Positions 15,110 through 29,419 of a DNA stretch of 64,000 bases are shown here, piece by piece (the stretch's first letter is position 1; each line of letters begins with the position of its first letter). Source of the stretch: Podarcis filfolensis. Its lineage: Eukaryota. Made by a program: the position numbers and the translations under genes. Below the pieces are notes generated by a model, which was not told the origin of the DNA, searched no databases, and saw nothing but the letters and a program-made list of their open reading frames with translations. Location: the NCBI GenBank assembly GCA_964270895.1, contig OZ185437.1; one strand, 5' to 3'.

Positions 15110-15727
15110 CATGAAAGTAAATCAGACCTGGCTGTGGCAATGGACTCTACATGGGGGTACCTTTGCAGACTGCAAGAAGCTTCAACCAGTCCAGAATGGA
15201 GCAGCAAGAATGCTTGTGGGAGCTCACCCCTGGATCAGGCTACACCTATCCTGTGACAACTGCACTGGTTACATATTTATTTTCATGTACAAGTCAAAAT
15301 ATCAGAGATGGTTTTTAAAACCCCAAATGGCTCTGGCTTAAGATATCTGATGGAATGCCTTCGCCTGTGTGTTGCTAAGCTATGGGAGAGACTCCCATCC
15401 ATCAGGGAGACTTATTTTACTGTGAAGATAGCAAGGCCTTCTCAGTGGGCAGCCCCCACGTTGTGCAACATGTTGTCTGCTGAAGCCTAGGTTGTTCATT
15501 CTCTTGTTTTCCATGGGTTTGTGAAGATGCTTTTCTTTCAGCTGGCTTTTGCTGATGGACTATCTGAAGAGACAGTTTTATCTCTGCTTCCTGTTTCTTT
15601 TCAGCTGTTCTTGAATGCATTTTGCCTTTACTGGGGGGCTTTAATGTGAATCTGATCTATTTGTTGTAAACCATCTTAAATTATGTGTATAAGTGTTTTT
15701 AAAAATCTTATCTAAATAAATATAAAT
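15110..15727 (+). mobile_element. L2 LINE 3' part (RT C-terminus and tail)
   Basis: KLQPVQNGAARML...QLHWL-like motifs, AT-rich tail ending TAAATAAAT. Confidence 0.8.
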
Positions 15728-16605
15728 TACAGTAGAAGAACTGGTAGCAAGAGATTTAGTCTGCAATCCTGTGCATGTTTCCTAAGACTATGACCCACTA
15801 ATGCAGTGGGACAGCTAGGTAAAATATGCATGGGACTGAACTTTTAGCTATGTATATTTTCATAGCTGCTTATGATTTATTATTCTCTCTCAACAAAATG
15901 GAGATGCATCAACACCGCTCAGTGCCTACTTGGAAACCCGAAGAAAAATGTGCAGCACTTCATGTCTGGGATTTATTTTACTTTCATCACCATGAGATAA
16001 GTTCAAAAACTAATAACTATTTTTTATGCATAGGTTGAAATAAAGATAGCAAACTCAACTGTCAAAGAGATGAAAATACCAGAGGGACAGAAACAAAGAT
16101 CTGCACTTTCTTCCTGCCAGAGGGGCATTCATTAAAATTCTTCAGGTATTTATGCTTTCAAAGTATGTGGGCTTAAATTCAGGGATTTTTTGTAACAAAT
16201 TACAGGAATAGTGCTGCTGAAGAGTTTCAGATAATCAGTTGGAGCCAAGGTGTATGAAGCACGTCAAATGTGGGGCAGGCATGGGTAATTTCAGCCAGTA
16301 GCAGAAATATGCATTTTAAAAAATAAAAAATACTATATTTACATACATTTCATAAACATTTAGCTTCTTTGGTGAAACAACTGAATGGAAAAGAATAGTT
16401 AAGGAGTTTCTCCAACATGGCTTTATTTGAATATTTCACCTGCAGTTGTAGGCAAATCTGCAGGAATCAACAGGAACTATAAGTTATTTCTTGCCCTACA
16501 TATACATTTAGGTTGCAATTAAATGCACATTTACCTCAAGTAAGTTCCACTGAACTCAGTAAAGGAGAACATCCAATCTTTGTCCCATGCATGAATGAGG
16601 AAATG

Positions 16606-17087
16606 CAGTAGTGCAGTGGGGGGCGGGGGAAAGGAAGGGTGTAGCCCTGGGTACAAATTTCTGAGGGGGTGCAATCAGGCCCCACCACCACCAGCTCCCT
16701 CATCAAGGCCGGAGCTGTGGGGAGGCAAACCGTGCACAGGCCGGGCCTTCAGCTGGGGCAGCACTTCCTTTTCCTCATGGCTGGCAAAGGGACACTTGTG
16801 CATGCTCTGCCCTTGGATGGCCAAGAGGGAGGGATGAAGAAAGCACTGCCAGAGCCATGTGCGTTGCCCAGAGCACCTCGCTGCAGGGACAGGAGGACGA
16901 GGTTACACGGCGAAGCTCCTGGCTTCACGTTTCTCTGCCTTATCTCTGCTCTCAGGTTGGGGTAGTTTGCAAGGAGAGATTCCCTTGATTGGATGCTGGC
17001 CGGCGAAGGGACTGACTGCTGCCCAGTCCACTAGGGGGCACAACACTTGCCCCGCCCAGGGCACTGGCAACCCATGCTATACCCCTG
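16606..17087. mobile_element. GC-rich hAT-type non-autonomous element (482 bp)
   Basis: CAG...CTG ends with imperfect TIR; perfect 8-bp TSD AGGAAATG (16598-16605, 17088-17095). Confidence 0.85.
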
Positions 17088-18965
17088 AGGAAATGTGCAT
17101 GTGTTTGAGAAAGATAGGAGGAGCAAAGCATAGCCTTTTCCCATCTTTCTCATACACTTGCTGCAACACATCCCTTCAGTAAAAAGCCGTAAGCTGTTTG
17201 GTCTCTTACTGTGGCGTGGATCCAACCACCTCAGATGTACAGATGGCTGATTTAGATCTTTATAGTCATCCTTGGCTTACTGTTTTGTGTGTAATGCATC
17301 TGTTTATATATGAATGAATAAACATGTCGGACAAAAAAATGCTGCTTTTAAATATGAATAGTCAGTGTTTTCCTAGATTAGCACAATAGTCATTTCATTC
17401 AAGAAGCAGGTACATGAAGGCGATTTCATTATTGAAAAATCCAGATCCCAGTGCATTTTAAGTACGTACATACTTCTTTAGGTATTGAGTTTATAGCTTA
17501 GTTCCTCATTAGGAAGTACATTCCAGCTCCTGTAAATCTCAAACATACTTTTTATCATCTTTCAGAATACACTTATGTAGCACTGATTAATAAAGGCAAA
17601 CAATACAAGTTTCCCATTGCTTTATGTGCTAAGGGTTTGATTAATCATTTTTCCTGGAGTTTCACACATAGCAGGGGGGAATAAAATATAAGAAAGCTGT
17701 AAGATTATATGTAACAGTGAGAGCCAGCCTTAAAGCAGTTCCCTAAAGCAAAAGCAAGCTGAACACTAAATCAGAGAACCATGAATATGAGTCTGTTATT
17801 CTATGAGCCATGTGATGATAATAAATTATATCTGAAAAAGAATCTGTTAGATCTAAATCCCCCTACAACAGCATCTTGTATAATAGGGAGATTCAGTACC
17901 AGAATCACTCCAAAGCCGCAGGGAAGTCAAATAGATTAAAAGGCAATTCATTCAACATAGCTGTTGGCATTGGGAAGACAGGTCAGTAACACAGCCCTAC
18001 TTCTACTGTCTTCTGACTTCTACTGACTTCTACTGTCAACAGTTTGTACAACCCTTCCAAGTAGCAAAGAAACCTGAAAACAGACTGAATATAAGTGTGA
18101 TCCCTAACAAAGTCACAGTGTGTAGCGCGTTCCCATTCAGTATTCCTGCCAGTGATTTCCTTTTCAGCATAAGCCATTCAATTCCCCTTCCTGTTTTGAA
18201 TTCTACCCTCCACTCCTCAGTCAGTCACCATTTTGTGCCCTCTGAGCATGCTCACTCCTCATTGAGTGGTTTGTGTTATCTTCTGAAGGTTTTTTTTAAT
18301 ACAATAAGTAAAAATAAATCTGGTACTTCAACAAGCCTTGAGTTCCCTCAAGTCTGTCTATTTTCGCCATGTCACACACTTTGAGAAGGAGGGTGCAATT
18401 AGTAAATATTGATTTAAAAAATGCAATAAAAAGAAGAGTAAATATTTGCACTGTTCTTGCATCAAAAGCTGACTCTCATGCAGGTCACCTTTTTGTACAA
18501 TTTGCTATTGTATGATAGAATAAAAAGATGATCAACATAAGAGCATGGGTGTGCATTAAAAAATATACACTAGTTAGTTAATTAATTTACCATTTGCCAG
18601 TTGAAGTAAATTAAGAAAGGAATTGAAATAATTAAGTTACACCAATTTTAGAAAGTCTCAATGTGAAATTCAGGAATATTAACTTTAAATCTAGAATACT
18701 GTGGCTTCACTACCTCCTTACAAATATTCAGAGTAGACTTTGAGAAGACTGGACTTCTATTCAACTGAGACCACAAAAGTTGTTTCAGTTTGCAGAATGT
18801 CTGCAAATTGCAACAAATGAGGAAAATGAGAGAGCAATTATGTGTCACCTCATGTTATGTATTCACACAAGCCAGGAGCCTAAAAGGTAAGATAATACAG
18901 AAAATTGTCGCCTGATTGTCCATCCCAATAAATAAAGGGCAAACAGAAGCTATTGCTTGTTTTTA

Positions 18966-19085
<120 letters not shown>

Positions 19086-20039
19086 TCAGACAAATCAAGA
19101 AACAATAAAATCTAATTCACCTGGAGCTGTGGAATTCTCCCAGGTCAGAGTCACATTAGCCATCCTCCAACACATGGTAAGTAGGAGTTGGAATACTTCA
19201 TGGACACTTTCCCATAACAAAACGAGTTAGAAGCTTTGTTCTAATTTTTAAGTGAAAGCTGAAAGCTGAACATTTTTGGAAAGGGTCCTGGAAAATCTCT
19301 GAAATTGCTCTGCTTGTACACCCATCCATTCATTTATTTATGAGACTTGTAGACCCCAAAACAGATTACATATATGAAAAACAAAATAGAATAAAAATTA
19401 AACATAAAAAATCCATAACTCCAACAAAGAAAAAATAATTTCACATTTCCTCTTTTCATCAAGCCATAAAAATTATGTACAACATACAACTCTATTCTTC
19501 ATTCAGACAATCCTGCATTTTATTATTTAGTTCCCGATTTATAAACCCACCCTTCACATAGTGATCCCTGAGAGGCATACAACATAAAATCAAACTAAAT
19601 CAAGCTAATGTGATTTACCACCAATGATTCACACATTTATTTGCATGTGCTCTAGTGGCCATCCTTCAAACCCATCTAACAGACAAGTGGCAGTCCATCA
19701 CCACATCAGGGTACTGGTTCTAGACAAGACTTGCCAATTTCATTCATGTGCACAGGTAGGTTTTTCAAGAATGCTGGAAACTAAACTGAGTGGATCTGGC
19801 AGTTCACCCACTTGAATCCGTTGCCTCTAATCTATGCCTCTGTTCACCAGCACTTAAAGATGAAAGGAGAACGATGAATAACACTGGCACAAAGCAGAGT
19901 TAGGAATAGAAAACACTTCATATGTCCAGATTTTGCTCGCATTACCAAAAAATGACTATTGCAATTTGCTAATTAGGTTTTGTTATCTTATGAGAAGAGG
20001 AGCAAAAACCCAGTGGAAAAAAGTTTAATTCAGCTAACA

Positions 20040-20233
20040 GTAAAACTTCTGTTAGCAGAATGGGGAAGGAAGCACTTTTCAGCTACCCCCTCTCTCTCTG
20101 CAGTCTGCCATGCCTCCCTAAATCTGCTCTGAAGGATTGGTAGGATGATCTGGAGTAAATTTAGAGAGAGGTTGATGAAAGGGGGGATAGCTGAAAACTG
20201 CTTCCTTCCCCATTCTACTAACAGAAGCCTTAC
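20040..20233. mobile_element. Palindromic (fold-back) MITE
   Basis: About 46-bp terminal arms with 4 mismatches; weaker inner arms. Confidence 0.75.
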
Positions 20234-23034
20234 CTATCTGAATGACACAAACGGATTATAAACCTAAGCAAAGATTTTTTTTTAATGTAACTAAAATTCC
20301 CTGTAAAAACACAGAGAAGAAAAATGAAAAATGTAGACAGGGCACAGAGTTTGCAGATAACTCAATGCACATGAAAGTCATTGCTCTAAATAAAATTCTT
20401 ATCTACATATTACTTGAAAAGAACCTCAGTCTGGAGGAGACACTGAAAGTTCCAGGAAGTGCCCTGTAAGTTTTCCTACTTGGTTACATACACAATCTTT
20501 TGCCTGATCAACCTTTAATCTCTTAGCAGAACAAAACTCTACATCTAATTGGTCAATACTTGTTTTCTGGCTTCAGAACATCAGGGACTGCAATCTTTAG
20601 CTGATCTAAGGTCAATTCATGACAAACAGAAAAACATTTATTCCAACGAAATAAAAATGCAGGTTCAGTGTCACAAAAATTGAATTATCTAGGACTGCAC
20701 AAACAATTGACAAATCCTGAATCAAGAACGGAAGCAGAGCCACTTCAAAAAGGTTTGTCTGAAGTGGATCTCTACAAAGCACTATGGGAATTCAGATGTT
20801 TAATCACAGCAAACTGAGTCTCCAAAAAATTCTCCTCTAGTTTGTCATAGAAGAAAAATGCCAGAGCTGGGAGAGGGAGATGTCTTTTGTGACAGACAGG
20901 TCTAGCTTTTAATCAGAAGACATCATTTTACCAGGGCTCTCCAATCACAGTGCCTTGGGAGACGGGATGCTGAATACATCACCTAGTTTTTGTCTCTTCT
21001 GTGCTTTATCAATTCTTTGTGCTCTGCCAGTGGTGAATGCTTGGAAAACACTGAACATTAAAGCCCTTCTGCCTTTGTGCCACATGCCAAAAATATCCAC
21101 TCCTATCAAATCAGCTTTGTGCTTAGTTTCTGTGACTTTTGGTGCCAACTGAGCACAACACAAGCCTGAAGCTGTTTCTTTCATTCATCATAACTCCCTA
21201 GCCACGGCACTCAACGTCCTGACATTTTGCAAGTTACTTTCCTAGGGAAACCTCTACAATGTGCAACATCTTCATAATAAAATTGTTGCCCTACAGTAAA
21301 GTGCCCACCAGCTCAGGTGTAACACACACACCAAGAATATAGGTGTGGTTAATCCAACAGGCTATATGGGTGAATACCCAGGCGATGGTGATGCCCCAAA
21401 GTGGTATCAGACGCAAAGTCTGGCAAATCACTTCAATCTCTTCTCCCAAAGCAGTAGAAGACAGAAGGGAAGGGGCAAAGGGAACACACAATAGGGATTA
21501 ACACACACACCAGGCAAAGGAAAAGCAGGCAAGAAAGGAAAGGAACAAGCCAGCAGTAAAGATGGTGGACAGGAGTAAAGTTGGGAAACCAAACAAAATG
21601 GTGACTGGTAAAAGACAAAGCAGAGGAGGAAAAAACAACAACCAACCCTCAATCATACCAACCAAACAGACAAAAACACTCTGGAAAACACATCATGCCA
21701 CACACCACTCATATAAAGAATAATTAGAAAACATAAGCTTTAAAGAGACAGAAGAAACACCTGAGGAGAAATCAGTAACAGGAGCCAGAGAAGATGTGTA
21801 GAGCTTTCGTCAAAGGCATATTGGGAGTGATCTACATCCCAATATGTTGTCCTGCCTTTCAACCACTAGGTGGGGCCATAGACACAACCTGATAGCCTTG
21901 TTACCACAATGTGAAATCTGCAAAGGCTGTGTTGCAGAACTGCTACAGACATCCTTCTGAAATTTGGCAGGATTCATCCACTTAAGAAGGGATCAAATGT
22001 TGCTCTTTTCCAAACCAATGAAGTGGGCTCCAAACCAAATCTTGTGGTTTATACACACCCCTAGCATTTTCTTCAGTTTCAATAAGCTGGTAAAGTAAGT
22101 AAATAATGTCCAAATTCAATGCTCTGAACTGTTGCATCTTTTAAGTAGCAATCCAATTGGGTATGCAGGTGTTAAAAGTTAATTGGAATGTCATTTTCCT
22201 ACTGTTTTATCTATTAAGTAGTTGAAGTAATTTATTCTTTCAGGGAGACACATGAAAAGGTCTCCATTCTTATAAGCCAAATTACATTTAGGACAAGTCA
22301 AATTACTTCGCAATCTCAGAGATCCTAATAAAATATGGCTATAATACTGATAACCACAAAATGGTGTAATGTATGGAACATAAGCAAAGTTTGCTGTGGG
22401 ACCAGAAAACTGCAGATGTAAAGAGGAGGCTATCAGACAAAGTTGCCTGATGGTGTAAAGTTGGTGAAAGTGTTACCACAAGTAAGATGGAGTCCACAGC
22501 ACAGCATCAAGAAGGAAATTCAGAGAAACTGAACACCACACTTGCTGCATGGGAAGATTTCCTCTCTCCTTCTATCATGTGCTGTTCCATTGGTTCTCCC
22601 AAGTCCCCACCGAGCAAATTTTGGAGGTAGGGAGCAGTGTGGGGAGTTGACCAGGGAGAAGCCCCATTATGCAAATAGAAGTCCTTGCACAAGGTCTCTG
22701 CTGACGGGACTCATAAGCTGAATCCTGCCGTCAGGGAAAAATAGTTGTGCTGATTTTAGGCAGCATGATACAGCGCAAGCTCACACTGTCTCCCTGCCCT
22801 GCTGCCACCCTACACTTAAGTACAGGCACCCTAAGAACAATATCCCAAGACTTCTCAAAGAAAAGCAAAAGAATTCCCATTTTTGTCTTTTCAATTACTG
22901 TGTATGTAAGAAATAAAAAGGGGACATCAACCTTTCTAGACTCTCAAAGTTATTTGCATACTTGTTATGGGAGATGAACTCCTCATTTGGAGTATGTACA
23001 TACAGGGTAGTTTACAGGAACTTTGGGAGTGAGA

Positions 23035-23202
23035 GTCTGGGAGTGGCACAGACTCCCACAAGAGATGATGGACTCTCCTTCCTTGGAGGTTTTTAAGCAG
23101 AGGTTGGATGGTCATCTGTCATGGATGCTTTAGCTGAAGTTCCTGCATTGAGGGGTTGGACTAGACGACCCTTGGGTCCCTTCCAACTCTATGATTCTAT
23201 GA
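23035..23202 (+). mobile_element. CR1 LINE 3' end
   Basis: TCTCCTTCCTTGGAGGTTTTTAAGCAGAGG...CCCTTCCAACTCTATGATTCTATGA. Confidence 0.88.
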
Positions 23203-23266
23203 CTCTCTTGAAGAGCTCAGCGATTAGGTCTTCCCATTCTTGAGGCATCCCAGACCCAAGTTGCTA

Positions 23267-23554
<288 letters not shown>

Positions 23555-25485
23555 CTATGAATACAAATACAATACATTTTTAGGTAAATTATAGTGAATT
23601 TTCAACATGAAAAGGAAATACAATGTCTGCAGTAGTATCCAGTTGTTTCTAGGGTCTGGTTTGCATGACATGGTAAGCCAAAATTTGGCAGGCAGCTCTA
23701 GAGGAGCTTGCAGCTGCTTTGCTCCTCCTGGTGCTTTTAACTCCTGTGCTGCACTGAGCTAAGTCAAGGTTTGACTGAGCACGTTGTTTGAACCCAAGCT
23801 CACAGTAAGGTTCCCTCCTCATTAACCACAAGCTGTATCCATTATTTTTTACAAACTTGGCTCCATATCACAGACAGTGAAGTCACTATGAACTCTTTGC
23901 CTCCAGGAGGATACACTATCCAAAGATTTAAGCGTAATTCTTGCCCAATTTGCATTCAGTGTTTATGCCAGTTTTAAGCTTCAAAATGCAGTATGAAAAA
24001 GTTTATATCCAGAAGCAGAAATAAAACGATGCTTCACAAATACAGAAACATCAGTTAAATTCTAAGAAAATGTATTTCTTGTTTCCACAATGAAGGAAAT
24101 ATTTCACCTAAGGAAGAGTTTAACAGACTACTAAAATCATTTGAACCTCACACCCTTACCATGTCCACAGCACTACGTTTTTGTTTTTAAAAAACCCCCT
24201 AAGAATAGGATTATTGGCAAAAGCTCTTTGTGAATCATACCTCTATGGGACAAACACATTTTCAGGATGTTGTTATTATTCCCTGTCTTTCCAGAGAAGA
24301 CAGTTCTTCCTAGATTCTTTATGCCCATTTCTTTGTTGCAAATAGTTACACCATTTTACAACAATTAATATATTATGTATTGTTTGTTACACTATTCACA
24401 TGATCCTGATCTTGACTGGGACTCTGCAGTGGTTTCTCATCCAAATTCCCCCATCTCCTATTTGCCCCTGAATGGACTGTCTGCTATAAACAGCACTGCC
24501 AGGAGCAGGAGCAGCCACAGGAATAACTTCTTGGTGGAGAACTGGCAGCTGTAGGCGATTCTTCTGTTTAGTACTCTATGGGGCTGATTTTCATCCAGAA
24601 AGCAAAATTAAGCACTTAAAAACAACAGCCTGTGCTTAACATGTAGTTAGGCCATTAATTACTGCCTAGCTTATGCCAATTTTTTTATAACAAGGCAAAA
24701 ACTCTGCATACAGCTACAGCTCTCTTTATTAGTATATTAATTCCATAGCATGATAAGTTTTGTTTTAAATGTGGAGAGAAAAGATATCACAAAAACTTAA
24801 AACTTTTTATCATATATTAAATTACTCAACTTTCTCTCATACAACTAAGGATACTATCATTTTAAATTATAGCCCTAAATAAACCTGCAGATTTGCTGAA
24901 GCTAACAACTGTACAAACCATAGCATTTCTAGAGTATGTTACACAATCCACTGAGGCATGTGGAACAAATGAAGCAAGAGATTGCAGTCAATGTAGACAT
25001 GAAAGCTCTGTATTTAATAGGAGAGCTATCCTTAAGCTCATTATGGCAAGCTAGCATCACCCTGGGAAAACATGTGGATGAGAGAGATTTGAAGAGAAGC
25101 TGAAGAGGCTTTACTTAACTTCTAGGAAACCAGTCTGCATTTGAATGGGAATGTGGGGAAGAAGACAATGAGGAGTCTTATTCAAGCCTGTATCAGATTT
25201 CCCTATGAGCAGATAATGAATGAAGTCTCAAATCAAAGATGATGGGGGGGGGGCACTTAAAATATTCTCTCCCCTCTCGCAAGCTTCAGAAAATTATAAA
25301 GCTATATCATGTGTAAATGTAAGAAATAAAATATCTGACGAATGCAGTTGAAAATCAGTATGCCATATATGATGATGAAGATGAAAAAAGTAACACAGGG
25401 ATCATGGATTTTAACATTAATTGTCTGTCAGCAACCTATTTCTATATCAAATATACCATAAAGGTCAGGAAAGAGAAATAATGTA

Positions 25486-25653
25486 CTGTATTCTTCCATG
25501 TATAACATGCCTCCATGTATAAGTTGCCCCCTATTTTGGGGGACTCCAAATTGAGAAAATGGGGGGGATATTGTATCCATGTACAAGACGACCCACAATT
25601 TTGAACATAATTTTTAAATAAAAAAACCTAGTCTCATACACAGAAAACTACGG
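25486..25653. mobile_element. Tigger/pogo-like MITE with a different TIR (CYGTATT...)
   Basis: TA|CTGTATTCTTCCATGTATAA...TCTCATACACAGAAAACTACGG|TA. Confidence 0.7.
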
Positions 25654-26083
25654 TAAGTATTTGTATAAGAGTTGGGAGGAGCAGATCTAGAATCAGGAAG
25701 TGGCAGGGGAATATGAAGACTTCCTTCCAATATGACCTTTTAGTGGGGAAGGGGGAAGAATATGTACTTGCTCACTGAATTGTAAAGTTGCAGAGCAAGC
25801 CTTTTCTAAAAGTTGCTGGGTCAGATATGGATTTTCAACTCCAGTCAAGTCAGCACTGGCTATTACCAGGGTCAGACTTTGGTAATATGGCCCCCTGATT
25901 GAATAGTTGCCCATATGTTGGCAAACTACCAGCTGTAAGGTCTGTTTATGCTATACTAAGATCACCTTTGTTCTTTTAAAATCAGATAATTCAGGAGTGA
26001 ACTTATTTCCTCTCTACCTTTTGCAGAATTCTATGTTCAGAATTTGGCAGCTCTGCCATCACACATTGTTCATCTCCCTTAAT

Positions 26084-26220
26084 CAGGCTTCCTCAACCTT
26101 GGCCCTCCAGATGTTTTGAGACTACAATTCCCATCATCCCTGACCACTGGTCCTGCTAGCTAGGGATCATGGGAGTTGTAGGCCAAAAAACATCTGGAGG
26201 ACCGAGTTTGAGGAAGCCTG
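26084..26220. mobile_element. hAT-type MITE (137 bp)
   Basis: TIR CAGGCTTCCTCAA...TTGAGGAAGCCTG; perfect 8-bp TSD CCCTTAAT. Confidence 0.92.
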
Positions 26221-26675
26221 CCCTTAATCATTGGATTGCTCTACCCATTTGTCTTTTTTTGTTGTTCATTGGAAGTTTCTTTCTTTGAGTAAGCCCATTT
26301 ACTATCACTATTATCAATTACATTTATTAGATGCCGCAGGCTACTCAAAGTGACTTTACATAAAAAAGAAATAATAAATTTAAAGTTTATCACAAAGGAA
26401 GTTAGAATTCTATGTCCCAAGCTGCATCACTTTGTATTTACGCAGAACTACATTTTCCCTCGTACTGCTTTTGGAACTCTTCATGGTCTGCTTGGAATTT
26501 TCTATCCTGAATACTGTCTTCCACAAGTTTTACTATCTCACTAATCATCCCTGTCTCCAGTTTTCACACTAAATGCCGTTAGTCTTAATACAGAACATTG
26601 CAGCACTCAATTTTTATGACTTTATTCCATTTTTAGCTACCCTCTGGTTCCTGTTTATTAACTAGTTGATCCCTA

Positions 26676-26954
26676 CAGTGGTGCCTCGCAAGACGAAATT
26701 AATCCGTTCCACGAGTCTCTTCGTCTTGCGGTTTTTTCGTCTTGCGAAGCACGGCTATAAGCGGCTTAGCGGCTATTAACGGCTTAGCGGCTTTAAGAAA
26801 AAGGAAACAAACTCGCAAGAACTCGCAAGACGTTTCGTCTTGCGAAGCAAGCCCATAGGGAAAATCGTCTTGCGAAGCGACGCAAAAACCGAAAAACCCT
26901 TTCGTCTTGCGCGTTTTTCGTTTTGCGAGGCATTCGTCTTGCGGGGCACTACTG
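26676..26954. mobile_element. CpG-rich Tc1/mariner-like MITE with TCGTCTTGCG subterminal repeats
   Basis: TA flanks; 22-bp TIRs with 2 mismatches (CAGTGGTGCCTCGCAAGACGAA). Confidence 0.88.
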
Positions 26955-27809
26955 TATTTATAACGTAGGCCTGCCACTGTTTGTGAATTAATTTCATTAA
27001 ATCTTGCATGAAATTACTCCCATTTATTAGGAAGGATTAAAACTAAAAATATATTTAGTTAGATATTCCTCTGGTAACATCATCACAATATACAGCAAAG
27101 GCTAGATTTAAATACATAAAGACTTCTGGGAAACATCGAGGTGATTATAAATACCAATTCCACAGTGACCTGACAAACAATACCTTGGCAGAAAGATTTT
27201 TCTTTCAGTGAGACACGCAGGAAGCAGATAAATGGAAAGGTGCTGCTGCTTATAATTTTGTGTTAGAATGGGATTTCCTGAAATTTTAATTGCTATATGC
27301 TGAGAAAAACTGAGGTGATACAGCCTCTTTTCAACTTTAAGAATAGGAGGCAGATCATTAATTGCTGCCTTGGTCTAACAAAATATTGTTCACATTCTAG
27401 CATTACATTCAGATCCTCTCTAGAACAGCTCCATGGGGTGGGAAAACACAATTACTACAGAAATATGACACCCGGGTTTGCAGCTCTTGGGACAGAGGTA
27501 GTTATGAAGGTCTTTTAAAGTAACTGTCTACCTAACATATGTTTTCTAAGTAAGAACACAGTTTAACTAGCATTTAAATTTTATTTTATAATATACACAC
27601 CTCACAATTATCTTATAAAAAGATTCTTACTAAAGGATTTTACATTTTAAATAGGTAGTAAAGCAAAATGACATACTGGAAGTCCCATTTGAATTGTGTT
27701 AATTAGCTAAAGATTTAAAGTTTAAAGCTCTGTCTCATTTGAAGAGAAAAAGAACTGTCATAAGGGTGAGATAAGTAACTTGCTTAGAATGAAACTTTCC
27801 TAGGCCTGT

Positions 27810-27910
27810 TCTGGGTTTGAAACCCATGTTGGGCAAAAGATTCCTGGACTACAAGGGGCTGGACTAGATGACCCTTGTGGTCCCCTCCATCTCTACAGTA
27901 CTATGATTCT
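27810..27910 (+). mobile_element. CR1-tailed SINE fragment
   Basis: Degenerate B box then GGACTAGATGACCCTT...CTATGATTCT. Confidence 0.65.
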
Positions 27911-27973
27911 CTTCCGAGGACTGCTAAAAAAACCCAGTATCTCCGAACATACTTCAAGTCAGGGTTGTTGCTA

Positions 27974-28147
<174 letters not shown>

Positions 28148-29419
28148 TTAATGATAAGCTTTTTTTGCTGCTCTATCAAGAAATATTTATAAAGCAGACA
28201 AAGATCATAATAACTTCCATGGTTCTCAGTCTACACTAGCTACAATAGAGTTGCAGATATTATGAAGGGAAAATCCTTACAGTAACTGGATTTTTAAATT
28301 TGCTTTAATGTCCTATTCTATGGTACTGAAAATCTGATGCACACTTGTATGCTATGGTCTAGTTGTCTGCATTTGTGAAACTAAATTTCTTGTCAACAGG
28401 CCTGCAAATCAAATATCAGTCCATAAATAATAAAATACTTCATTTTGTAGAAAGCTTATGATTGAAACAGAATACCTTGAATAATAACTATGATCCCTGC
28501 ATTAAGAGCACTATTTGGGATTCTTTCCTATCCTGCTACACTACCTGAACACCATCCTTTTGTTCGCACAGCCCCCTGCAGCATGCGACATTTCTTCACA
28601 CTCCACATTCCTCCAATAATACATTTTGGATTCTGTGCCTCAGTTCTATTATCCTCCAGGCCCTGTCTATAAGATGCTCTTATTCTGTTACAGAATATGA
28701 TGATATTGCGTCTCACCATGATGAGAAGGTTGGGTGCAAGAAAGGTGGTAGTTTGTTAGGTGTTTTTTTTTTAAGTCTCAGCATTTCTATTCTGAATCAC
28801 ATCATTTTAGCTATTTCTCCTCTACCTGACCCCTCGGTTAACACAAGTCTTTCTTGTAACAGTGCATTTGTTATTCATTAACTACTGAAATGTTATAGCT
28901 GTGTACAACGACAAATATTTTACAGAAAAAGATATGAGATATCTTGCAAACAATGCAAGAACATTAGCATGTAAAGAAAATGTAAGCAATTCTTTTGGCG
29001 AACAACTTCTGAATGGGCCGTAACTGGCAATTGCAAAATCATATAAGTGTCTTGAAACAACACACATCAGTGTAAATGTCCTTTCTGTAAAACCAGCAAA
29101 AAAAGCACAAATAATAAGCTGAACCACACATCCCACACCAACATACGACTCTCCATTCACTAAGAACAGTAAGAGAAAGTGAAAGGCATACCCCAGGTTT
29201 TAAAAGGTTTGAATACATGAACTTGAAAACTGGCTGAATTCTCAAGTGCTCAATTCTAAACTAGAAAGAAAGCATAACACTTGCCTACAGGGAGATTGCA
29301 CGCTCTGATTCATGAGTCAACCAATGTGGCACCTGGAAGCACCCACAGAGGCCTCCCCTGCCACCTGCAGCATCCCCTCCCTACTGCTGAAATTTGGCTT
29401 GAAAGAATATGCTGCTCTA

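Noticed and set aside
21817-21846. 10-bp hairpin CATATTGGGA...TCCCAATATG
   Set aside because: About one such hairpin is expected by chance in 64 kb.
26687-26943. CRISPR-like look of the spaced TCGTCTTGCG repeats
   Set aside because: 10-bp units, irregular spacing, both orientations, inside a TA-flanked TIR element in a vertebrate intron; no cas genes.
28480-29400. Continuation of the fossil transposase (GDSTN/CxxH motifs) or its second TIR
   Set aside because: No matching motifs in the frames I read; no TAGGG-type end with a TTATGAGA TSD found.
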